Positions 12,739 to 24,200 of a stretch of 64,000 nucleotides of DNA are shown piece after piece. Origin of the DNA: Heteronotia binoei (Eukaryota). The translations under genes were made by a program, and so were the position numbers. Position 1 is the first letter of the stretch, and the number at the start of each line of letters is the position of its first letter. The DNA lies in assembly GCF_032191835.1 (NCBI RefSeq), contig NC_083233.1, positions 53,444,001 through 53,508,000 on the forward strand, in the 5' to 3' direction. A model generated the notes under the pieces. That model worked only from the letters and a program-made list of their open reading frames with translations. It was not told the DNA's origin and made no database searches.

Positions 12739-13743
12739 GTACAGAATGGACTACTTAGAGAATGGGAAAGGCTTTCCTCTCCATAAAGCCATGCATCTTA
12801 CACAGGAACTGTGCCCCTAATATTAATTAGATGTGATAGCGATGGGCCCATCACTTTAAATGTGGATCTATAGGGTGGCAGTTGAGTATAAGAGTTAAAA
12901 GGATGGTTGAGAGATGCTGAATCATAACTGTGTCTCATTGGTCCTGGTGCTGTTCTCCCAGCCAGGATTGCCTTCCGTATCAGAAAACAGCTGAGGGAAA
13001 AGTAGCATTAGAGGACAGCCAAGCCACAGAGAGATAACCAACTGATAGCGGAACAGTTCAGTATTGCCCACCTGAAAAATACTTCATGCTTAACATGAGA
13101 TTCCCTGCTCTCTCTCCTTCTCCTGATAGGTGCAGTTTCTTATTTAAAGAGTTAGATAAAGTTTATCCCTCACAATGTGATTTTAGAGATTAAGCCCAGA
13201 GAAATCTGAGAAAGAAGCTCCCTGCAGTAGAGTTTCCAATCCCCAGTTGGAGACAGGGAATCCCCTGATTTGGAAGCCCTCCCTCTGCTTCAGGATCATC
13301 AGAAAGGTGTGGGGAGGGAAATTGTTGCTGGGCACTCCATTATATCCTATGGAGATCAATTCCCATAAGGTATAATGGATAATTGATCTGTAGGTATTTG
13401 GGGCTCCAGAGGCTTTAGGTAGAGGCACCGTAATTTCAGCATAGTATCTGGTAGCTCTCCTCAAAACACTCCCCAAGTTACAAAAAGATTGGACCAGGGG
13501 GTTCAATTCTATGAGCCCCCAAAGAAGATGTCCCTATCCTCCATTATTTCCTATGGAAGGAAGGCATTTAAAAGGAGCATGGTCCCTTTAAATGTGATTG
13601 CTAGAATTCCTTTTGGAGTTCTATCATGCTTGTCACTCCCTTGCTCCTGGCTCCACCCCCAAAGTCTCCTAGCTCCATCCCCAAAGTCTCCTAGCTCCAT
13701 CCCCAAAGTCCCCAGATATTTCTTCCCTATGGGGTGGGGGTTG

Positions 13744-14012
13744 AGAGCCAGTTTGGTGTAGTGGTTAAGTATACAGACTCTTATCTGGGAGAACCAGGTT
13801 TGATTCCCAACTCCTCCACTTACAGCTGCTGGAATGGCCTTGGGTTAGCCATAGCTATTGCAGGAGTTGTCCTTGAAAGGGCAGCTGCTGTGGGAGCCCT
13901 CTCAGCCCCACCCACTTCACAGGGTGTCTGTTGTGGAGGGAGAAAATACAGGAGATTGTAAGACGCTCTGAGTCAGAGAGAAGGGCAGGGTATAAATCTG
14001 CAGTCTTCTTCT
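13744..14012 (+). mobile_element. tRNA-derived SINE (Squam3-like); related copies at 14303-14562 (+), 34385-34660 (+) and 39725-40187 (-)
   Basis: A box tggtgtagtgg, B box ggtttgattcc, (TCT)n tail. Confidence 0.8.
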
Positions 14013-14995
14013 TCTTGAGCAAACTTGGCAACCCTACTCTACCATTTAGGTTTTCCTCCATGAGGCAAGTAACACTTCAAAATTATATCAGGAAAGTGGC
14101 TCAGGGAGATGACTTAGCATCACCTGTCCTCTTGTCACAAACCTAACCTGAGTTGAGTGTCCTTTGGCTGCTTTTAAAAATCATGGATATCTCTGCATCC
14201 GGTCTAGTTTTTTTTTTTTTTAATGACTGAGAATGAAGTTTTAAGTGAATGAAGAAAGGCTGGAACATGGGTAGCCACACACCAGAGATGTTCACGTTAA
14301 CGAGTCTTTGGTGGTTAAGAAGAGCACAGACTCTAATCTGGGAGAAACAGGTTTGATTCCTCACTCCTCCACATGCACCTGCTGATGGAACCTTCAGTCA
14401 GTCACAAGTTCTCTCAGAACTGCTCCCTCAAGAGCAGTTCTTGAAAATGCTCTTTTAGCTCCACCTACCTCACAGCATGTCTGTTTTGGGGGGAAAAGGA
14501 TATTGTTAACCCACTCTGAGATTCCAAGTAAAGGGCAGGATATAAATCCAGTCTCCTCCTCCTTTTTTGATAGTAGATAGGGGGAAGAAGGAGGAAGACC
14601 AAATAGGGGGGACCAGGTGGGTGGCAGTTAGAGCAAGGAGCCCAGAAAGGGTGTGTAGATGCCCAGGCAATGTCATGGTTTTTCCTTCCATTCCAAATTA
14701 CTTTTAATAACCAGCTGGTCGTTTCCCTTATGCCTGGATTTCTAATGGACAATGCCAATTTTGCCAAACACCTGAAAAGTCCTGGCTACAAAAGTAAGCA
14801 ATGTATGCCCTAGCAAGGTGTTTTCTTCAGATCCTAGATTTAGTGTCTCACTTTACTCATAGAACACATAACTCTAGCAGTTTTTAAAACTTTATTGTCT
14901 GTAACACTTGTACATAGAGACGCAATTCAAAAACTTCATCCCACAACTACAAAGCAAACTAATTCTTAGGATATTCTTGTTAAATTTTCTTGCAG

Positions 14996-15140
14996 GGTTG
15001 GAATCAGTGCTGCCAATCCCATTGGAACTGCGTGGGAACATTTGAGCCTTGACCTTGGAGCGATTAAACACGTGTCGTATGACCTGGGCCACCTGTGGGT
15101 TTTGACTACAGAAGGAAAAATTTTGAACTGCAAAGGTTGA
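14996..15140 (+). CDS. FEL-A exon 4, terminal (RVGISAANPIGTAWEHLSLDLGAIKHVSYDLGHLWVLTTEGKILNCKG*)
   Basis: ttgcag| acceptor, phase 2, TGA at 15138-15140; KHVSYDLG-x-LW matches FEL KHVSFDLGVLW; joined CDS 774 nt = 257 aa; ATTAAA at 15207. Confidence 0.93.
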
Positions 15141-15281
15141 CCAGTCATTCATAATTTCTTTGCCAGCAGTGCTTGCTTTGTTTGTCATGGCCAGTGGTGT
15201 CAAGACATTAAACATTATCCAGTGATACAGGCAAATGCTTCCTGTGTGTCATCCTCTCTTTTTCAAGTTTTCAACAAACTT

Positions 15282-15787
15282 AAGTTGGGGCTGGAGTTCT
15301 TCCAGAGCTGCAACTGATCTCCAGAAGGATCAGTTCCCCCAGATGAAATAGCAGGTTCAGAGGGTATACCATAGAGTCTAGAACAAACTGAAGTGAAGAA
15401 AATCACTTGTATTTTCTGTAACACAGTCCCCCTCCTTTTCTTTTAAAGACAGTAAAATATCTGAGACAGATGTTATTTCCCAGCTCTCATCCCTTTCAGA
15501 AACTAGACCAAAATAGCTGATGCTTAATATATATTTAATTTGCAATGAAATTCATGTACTTTTAAACTGATAAAGCTTGGTCACTTACGATTCTTGAGCA
15601 AGCTAAATAGATTTATGGTTGGAATTTTTTAAAAAAATGAAAGGAAATATCTTCTAAATTTGTTTATCAAACTCAAGTTGGGGCTGGAGTTCTTCCAGAG
15701 CTGCAACTGATCTCCAGAAGGATCAGTTCCCCCAGATGAAATAGCAGGTTCAGAGGGTATACCATAGAGTCTAGAACAAACTGAAGT
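15282..15787. repeat. Exact 113-bp direct duplication (15282-15394 = 15675-15787)
   Basis: Identical base for base by inspection. Confidence 0.95.
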
Positions 15788-18276
15788 CCTAGATTAACAT
15801 CACATCCCCGCTGAGCTGCTGCCCCTCCTCAAATTCCACTATCTCCAGACTTTGGCCCCAAGTTTCTAGGAATTTCCCAAGTTGGAGTTGTCAATCTTGT
15901 TTTTAAGAAAGAGGAAAGGGAACCTGAGACTGGTTTTTGTGATATTCACAATGGAACTGCACAAAAAGCAGTATGTGTTAAGAGCACTGAGAATAACTAC
16001 TTTTTAAATACATTCTAATAATCATGGGAATTTCATCATCACTGTTCAAACAGCTCTGCATTTTGATGAACATTTTAAATAATCATCTGAAGCTCAAAGT
16101 TTGCAAGGAATGGTGGTGGTCTTCTCAGATCTTCCTAAATGGCATTACTGGATACAGTTTCTTGCACAACTGGTGCTTCCTTTTTAAAGGGAGAAGCATG
16201 CATTGTGACACACAGCCTACTTTCTGATCTTAAATTTTCTACCCACAATGTGTCCAGACAGCCTATGCCTATTCAGTGCTGAGAGGCATTATGCTTATGT
16301 ACAGATGCACATTCTTTTGTTAACATTTCATTTGTGGCAAAGCCTGGGAATTCTAAGCAGTTTCCAAGACTGACCTGATCAAACCGACATTCTTCCTGTG
16401 CTTAACTGCTGCAGGATTCCAAGGATGCAAGTGCTTTCTAAGAATTCTGCTATGGAGAGGTTAGAGTTAGAAACCAGTTGCTGACTATCTGCCAAGGCTC
16501 TTCTTGGATCATTAGCAGTTTAGGAGATTTTTCCCAGGCTCTGACTTCCCACATCCTTCAAAAAATCCTAATCTGAGGCATTGGTTCTTACCTGCTGTTT
16601 GCTATCTACATTTATAACTATGAATGGCCCTATGGCAAATGTCCTCTGCCATTGCCATCATGGCCTGCTTAAAACTAGGTTGAAAATGGCTAAACAAATA
16701 TGGCAAGAGGCATTCAGATGAACATCATGACATATTAACTTCGCTTGCAAATCCAGTCCAAAACTATACTTTGCAATGCAAATTCACACCTCAAAGTCTA
16801 TTTTCTTGCTCTAGGATTGCCAGGTCCCCCAGGCCATCAGTGGGGAATGGGGGTAGCATTGCCAGATTGGGAAACTCCTGGAGGCTTGGGATGGAGCCTG
16901 GGGAGGGCAGAGACTTCAGTGGGTTATAATGCCATAGAGTCAGTCCACCGATCAAAGCAGTCATTTTCTCCAGGGGCACTTATTTCTGTATCAGGAGATG
17001 AGGTGTAATTTGGAGGATCCCCAGGTCCTACCTAGAAGCTGGCACCATATCTTCTCACTGTCATACTGCTTAGCAGAACTCATCAGATGCATCCTTGCTG
17101 ACTGTTAAGGAGTTTGATTGCCCTGACCTCAATTCACAACAATGGCAGTCACTGATGTGGGCACAGAAACTTATTACATGATGGTGTGGAATAACATGAC
17201 ATGTTCTGATTCAAGCTGAAGTTGCAGGCCTGGAAGGAGCTGTGACTGAAATCTCCAAGGCATATTTAGATGTGGAAGACATAAAAGGTGCAGGCCAAAT
17301 CAAATTGAGATATGTTTTGTGTGATTAAAGGGTTTTCCCCACAATAATGCCTTGCAATTGTACAACTTTTCTTTGCAGCTATTTGTATTTTATCTAATCT
17401 TATGAATCAATATGAGCACCAACATTAAACTATAAACAAGTTTTTATTAGCCTTTCAGTTCTCTGTCATTTACCACAAGGAAAAGAATGAAGAAAAGCAG
17501 ATAACACAAATAGAGATCATTTTTATATGCGGCAGAACCAATCTCAAGGCAAATATATCTATATGTTGTTATGCAATATTTGACGCATGAACCAGCTGGG
17601 AAAGAGAATTGTTGGCAACAAGTATTTTGGATGATTAAGATCTGGGCTGAACTTCTGTTTCCCTTCCTGATACTTCCTGCTATTTAATCTTGGGCGTGGC
17701 CAAAGGCTTGAGCCTTTTGGTGTGAGCCAAAGAGCAAGACTGTTTATCTTTGGCTCTTAGCTCACTGTTCATAATTTGTGGTTATGAGAGAGGCAGCCCA
17801 ATGAATCTAAGAACAGTTCAGAATGAAGCATATTGTACTCCTTGGGATTTTTTTTTTTGTATATTTGTACATTGTAAACTGCTTCACACACTCCACTGCA
17901 GAGGAAAAGGGGATAGATAAATACACTGTGTCTCTGTAATGGGTAAGGCTAAATATTTAACATCCTGCAGTGTGCTACATGGTGACCCTTGAGATGCATC
18001 TTTTGACCTAGGATGACATTCAAAGATAACATTGGGGTTGGGGGGGGGAGACTAACGGAGGAATCCAGACACTCCAATTGCCTTCCTTGGAGTAAGGGAT
18101 GGAACAATAGAATGAAGGGGAATGACCCATCCATCTTCATTTCTAATGGCACTGCAAGCACAAGCAAATATGTTGTCAAAAATGTGTCAAGTGGGAGATG
18201 TGGATTTGGGGAGTGGGGTTATATGTTCTTCCCCATCTAATTCAAAACAGAATACTCAGTGCCTCTCTTAAAGACA

Positions 18277-18324
18277 ATGAGAGAGACCATTACATGCTGA
18301 TATTGCTATATAGAATCACATTCA
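18277..18324 (+). pseudogene. FEL-B paralogous exon 1, frameshifted relative to FEL-A
   Basis: Aligns by eye to FEL-A exon 1 (ctctctt-aaagacaATGag vs ttctctt-gaacatgATGag; gaatcacattca|gtaagt vs gaatcacctcag|gtaagc) but is about 10 nt shorter; ATG 18277 reaches TGA at 18298-18300; alternative in-frame ATGs at 18294 and 18198. Confidence 0.65.
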
Positions 18325-19372
18325 GTAAGTGGGAACTAGAACTTCATTCCTAAACTCTGCAGCCTGTGACTCACAGTAAGGGGGAATTCAGATTGCTGTG
18401 GTTCAAATATCCAAGCTTTGCTATGATTACATCAAGGTACCTATAGTATTTATTGATGATGAGTTCCTCTGAATGGCATGAGGGTGTTGCCGCCACGCTG
18501 TAAGCAGCAACAATACTGAGGCATGATACTTGGCGGGAGGGGGGCCACTGCAGATACCAGAATGAGGGTTGCCAGCATTGGGTTGGGGATTACCTGGAGA
18601 TTTGGGGGTGGGGGTAGAGCCTGAGAAGAGTGGGGTTTGGGGAGAGACTTCAGTGGGGTATAATTCTATAGAGTCCACCTTCCAAAGCAGCCATTTTCTC
18701 CATATGGACTGAACTCCATTGCCTGATCAACAGGAGATCTCCAGCCACCACCTGGAGGCTGGCAACTCTAACAAGATCTCTGTTAACAAGGCAAGCTCTA
18801 TAACTGAATGAGCAGGTCCTATCAGGGCAACTAGTAAAAGCGGAGGGGTTGTAAGAGCAGAAGTCAAGGCTGTGGATGTCGCTAGTAGAGAAAACCAGAG
18901 CAGCAACCAAGGAGAGGCAAAAGAACAAGGAGGGAGGAATCAGGGAAACCCATATGGAGGCCACCAAACACAATCTTAAGCCCAATACCAGGTGGGCTTT
19001 TGCTCAGGCATTATTTTTAGCTAGGCCAGATCAGGAGGAACACACCACTAGGGTGCTGGAGATATGGAACATATCTTTCATTCCATACCATAAATGGAAG
19101 ACCACCAGGAGACTTCTAATCCTTATCATACAATGTCCTTATCAAACCACAAGGCTGTTCATACCCAGATGAACAGGAGATAATTTTCTTGTTCCAGACT
19201 GAGACTTGCATGAGCGATGGTTCCTCACAGGAGCAGGGATATCTGCAGTATTCTACCCATCTCAATCCAATCTTATCCTCTTTGGGATATACCTACATTT
19301 GTGATAGACCTGCATTTATGACAGACCTACATTTGTGGATGAGCATATAAACATGACACCTTTTTGCTCTAG

Positions 19373-19600
19373 TTTCAGATTGTGAACAGGTGCCTGGAGC
19401 ATTGACCCAGATCGATGTCAGCAATGGACAGGTCTTTGGTGTGAACAGTGCAAGCAACATTTACACCTTGTATGGAAACACATGGACCCAGTTACCAGGG
19501 GGACTGACCCATGTCACAACTGGTCCTTCTGGAGTCTGGGGTGTCAACTCAAATCATAACATCTACAGGCTTGTGGGTGGCAGCTGGAGGCTGGTTACAG
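19373..19600 (+). CDS. FEL-B exon 2 (SDCEQVPGALTQIDVSNGQVFGVN...WRLVTG)
   Basis: ctag| acceptor (alternative cag| at 19378), |gtattg donor, 228 nt, same size and phase as FEL-A exon 2, open frame. Confidence 0.92.
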
Positions 19601-20485
19601 GTATTGTAAGACAGCTGATTCATGGTTGTATGGATGCATAAGAAACGGGGAGAGGGGATGCTAAAGGCATGCACAAAAAAGAATATTTATTAGCAAAATT
19701 TGGCAAAAGGTGGCTTTCTTGTGTAATCACTTTTGCCTCTGAAGTTTTGTTCTCACCCAGTGCCTACAGTCAGCCCATGTTATCTGTCATTTGCAAGCTG
19801 ATTGAGTCCTATAATGATATAAAGAAAAGGTTGTTGGGTAGGTGCAACCAAGAGAAAAAAACAGCCTTCTATCTGGAGTCTGTATTAAAGGCACTGGAGC
19901 AGAAGTTGTGAAAGGGGGATACAGAATCTGCTTTGGTTTGTGTTCCATCACTCATATAGCACAGGCTCTCAAATAGACAACAGATGCCAATTGAATTTTT
20001 ATGGAGGAACTTTACTTGATTCACAATGGAAGTTCTACACTCAGTAAACATCCAAGGACTGCTCTTTCCCTAATACTTTATTGTAAAACAATACTCATTA
20101 CAGAGTTCTTTGAATGGTGTGCACCCATAAAACTCGATGTGTGAAAGAAAGGGCTAGCTTTGCATATCCTCATACATTACCAGGCTTCTAACATGCACAT
20201 CAAATGGCAATTCCACCACTGCATGATCAAAAGCCATAGTACTTACTAAATATGCTTCAGCGTTCCTGGTTGTACAATGAATCCAGATCCCATTCATCTT
20301 ATATGCCGCCATAAACTCCAGTGGTATGGTTGCCTGGGCACATGATGAACCACCCAGGGCTTAGTTGACATCAGCTGAAACAACTGAATTTCTTTCTGCA
20401 TATCGTACCAAATGTGACCTAATCCTTAATATATACATTTTGATAGGTTGCCCTAAAATCCTAGATCTTTCTGCTATTTTTTCAG

Positions 20486-20825
20486 GTTTGCTCAAACAGA
20501 TAGATGCAGGTGGAAGCCAGTTTATAGTTGGAGTCAACATGAATGATGACATCTATTGTCTGCCCAAGTCAGCAGCCATTGCTGCTGATGGCAGCTCTGC
20601 ATTGCCCTGGATCCACATTGAAGGAAAGCTCAAATACTACTCCTGTGGGCCACTGGGTTGCTGGGGAGTTAACTCAGCTGACGCCATCTACTTCCGGCAT
20701 GATGTCACCCCAGATTCCTGTGCCGGATCCAGGTGGCAGAATGTGCCTGGCGGGCTTTCCATGATTGAGGTTGGGACGGAAGGAGATGTGTATGGAGCAA
20801 ACAGCGCTGGACAGATTTATCGCAG
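20486..20825 (+). CDS. FEL-B exon 3
   Basis: ttttcag| acceptor, |gtacta donor, 340 nt, open, about 96% identical to FEL-A exon 3. Confidence 0.95.
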
Positions 20826-21286
20826 GTACTATTAAGAAGACTCTGGCTGGAAGAGTCTCCATCTTTTGGAGGTGTACTGCCACTTACAGGAGGCTGTGGC
20901 ATGTCTTGAACCAGAGTAGCAAATACTAAAGCAAAGAGATAATTCTGGAGGGATTTCAGTTCCTTCGTGACCGAATACCTGTGACTCAAGCAGCATTTGA
21001 GTACAAACCACCCAGGGCAGGTCATTGGATTCAGTTTCAATCTCAAGCATGACCACCTCAAAGCCAATCAACACATTATACACATTCCTGATGTATTTTT
21101 AAATGGGGAAAAAAGTCTCCTGTGGCTGCAACTCTGAGAGGAGATCAGTCAGCAAAGTACGGTTGCCAATCCCCAGGTGGGGCAATACAAAGAACAAACA
21201 CTGTGATATACAAGCTACAATGTTCAGTAACTTTATGAGTCATATAAATCTGTTGCATGTATTATATTATAAATACAACTTTACAT

Positions 21287-24200
21287 GGGGGTGGGTGGGG
21301 GGTGGGCTCCCTCTGGGAATCCTACCCCCCCAGGGAAAGTGCATGCGCAATACATAGCCTCTCCTCTCCCGGTGTAGTGAACGCCGCGTGGTCACTGTCT
21401 GGCTATGCCTGGCAGATGGTCACTGCAATGGCCTCTCCTGCATTACTGCATCCGTAGCAACACCTTCTCGCTGGTCCCCCCCGTTTTCACAGAGTTTGCT
21501 ACGTCATGGTGCGACCGAATGTCCGGCGGTATAACCGGATGGGCAGGCTGGGCCCACCAACCTCGCCAGCCTAAGAGAAGGAAAACTCTAACATCAAACC
21601 CGGGCAGATAGAGCTCGTTAATGTAACATCTACCACCTGGAGGACTCGCTGCCAGCGTCCCAGCTTACTGGGCCATGGCAGATGACCCCCAGGTGAAAGG
21701 GTGGAGCCAGTACCGCGCACACTGCGCTTCACCTAAAAAATTCCTCTGCGCAGGCCTGAAGGGCATATCCACACACACAACACACAACGCATCAAGTCCT
21801 GCAGCGATGGGCAAGGGGCGAAACGGCAGGTGGAAGGTGCCACTGGAAGCCGCAGTCCCGATCCTGCATGTAGGCGGTTCAGGGTATTGGTCACCTGATG
21901 CTAACCCGGAGACGAAAGCATTTTTCGGCAGCACCCTGAACGACCAAGCAGCCTTATCTAGGGACAGCACTGCTTGCTCCACACGGAGAGGGGCCTAGAA
22001 AAGGTGGCCTAAACAAAGCTCGTCTCCCCCACCCCAGTTGGCTAGCCGCGGTCAACGGGCATCCTTACTTGCGGTCGAAAAATAACAACAAAGAAAAGGC
22101 ATGCACCTGCCTCACAAAGTGTGCAAAGACTAAAGCTTGCGTGTTGGAACATCAGAACCATGCTTGACACAGTAGGCAGTGGTCGCCCTGAACGACGCTC
22201 TGCTCTAGTTGCCCACGAACTTCTCAGGTTGAATATCGACATAGCAGCTCTCAGTGAGGTCCGTTTCCCTGAGGAAGGTAGTCTTCAAGAACACGGTGCT
22301 GGCTATACCCTCTACTGGTCGGGTAAGTCAAAGGCTGAGAGCCGCCTTTCTGGCGTTGGCTTCATGGTCAGGAACTCCATTGCCTCCAAACTCGAAAACC
22401 TGCCAACAGGTCACTCAGATCGCATCATGTCCATGCGCCTCCCACTTCAAAACAAGCAGCATGCAACACTCTTCAGTGTGTATGCCCCAACCCTTCAAGC
22501 AGATCCTGCAGAAAAGAACAAGTTCTATGCTGATCTACGCAACCTCGTACGGAAGACCCCTACAGAGGACAAGGTGATCATCCTTGGCGACTTCAATGCC
22601 AGAGTAGGTAAAGACTCGGAAGCCTGGAAAGGAGTACTTGGCAAACACGGCATTGGCAACTGCAATGACAACGGGCGCCTCCTGCTAGAATTCTGCATGG
22701 AGCACCAGCTCACCATCACCAACACTATCTTCCAGCAGAAGAACAGTCTGAAGACAACCTGGATGCACCCACGGTCCAAGCATTGGCACCTTATCGACTA
22801 CATTCTGGTGCGCCAGAGAGACCTTCGAGATGTCTTACACACCCGAGTAATGCCCAGCGCAGAATGTCATACGGATCATCGTCTTGTACGCTGCAGTCTC
22901 CGTCTTCACTTTAAACCCACACCCAGGAGAGGAGGTATCCCTCGGAGGAAGTTTCAGGTTGGCAGCCTCCAGTCAGCCGAAGTTAAAGCTGCCTTCCAGG
23001 CAAAACTCCAGTCAAGAATTGAGGACCCCAGTTGCCCCACAGACCCTTCTCCAGAAGCACTCTGGGAACACCTAAAAACTGCCGTCCTGCAGATCTCTGA
23101 AGAAGTCCTCGGGTTCTCCACAAGGAAGAACAAGGACTGGTTTGATGAGAACAATCAAGAGATCCAAGAATTACTGGCAAAAAAGAGATCTGCCTACCAA
23201 GCACATCTTGCTCAGCCCTCCTGTCCTGGGAAAAAAGCAACCTTTCGCGCTGCATGTAGCAACCTCCAGCGCAAGCTTCGAGACATTCAGAACGAGTGGT
23301 GGACCAAGCTTGCAGAGAGAACCCAGCTGTGTGCAGACACTGGTGATTTAAGAGGATTCTACGAAGCCCTGAAGGCAGTATATGGTCCATCATATCAGGC
23401 TCAGAGTCCCTTGCATAGTGCAGACGGCCAAGTGCTCCTCACAGACAAGGCATCCATACTGAACCGGTGGTCGGAGTATTTTCAGGTTCTCTTCAGTGCC
23501 AACCGCGTAGTTCAAGATTCAGCAATCCACCTCACCCCACTTCAACCGGTGAAAACAGAGTTGGATGAGATCCCCACCCTAGAAGAGACTGTTAAAGCCA
23601 TCAAGCAACTGAAAAGTGGCAAGGCAGCAGGAGTTGATGGAATTCCACCAGAGATCTGGAAGCATGGGGGCACAGTACTACATAGCTCACTTCACAAAGT
23701 ACTTGTCACCTGCTGGGAACAAGGCAAATTACCACAGGACTTTCACGATGCAATCATCATCACCCTACACAAGAACAAAGGGGAAAAGTCAGACTGCTCC
23801 AACTACCGGGGGATAACCCTGCTCTCCATCGCAGGCAAAATCCTTGCCAGAATACTCCTGAACAGACTGGTGCCCACCATTGCAGAAGAACTCCTCCCAG
23901 AGAGCCAGTGCGGCTTCAGAGCTAACAGGAGCACCACCGACATGGTATTTGTTCTCAGGCAGCTCCAAGAGAAATGCAGGGAACAGAACAAGGCTCTGTA
24001 TGTGACTTTTGTCGACCTTACCAAAGCTTTCGATACCGTTAGCAGGAAAGGCCTGTGGCAAATCTTGGAACGTTTAGGATGTCCCCCAAGGTTCCTCAGC
24101 ATGATCATCCAGCTACACGAAGACCAGCGAGGCCAAGTCAGACACTGCAACGACCTCTCGGAGCCCTTCCCAATAGGCACAGGTGTAAAGCAAGGCTGCG

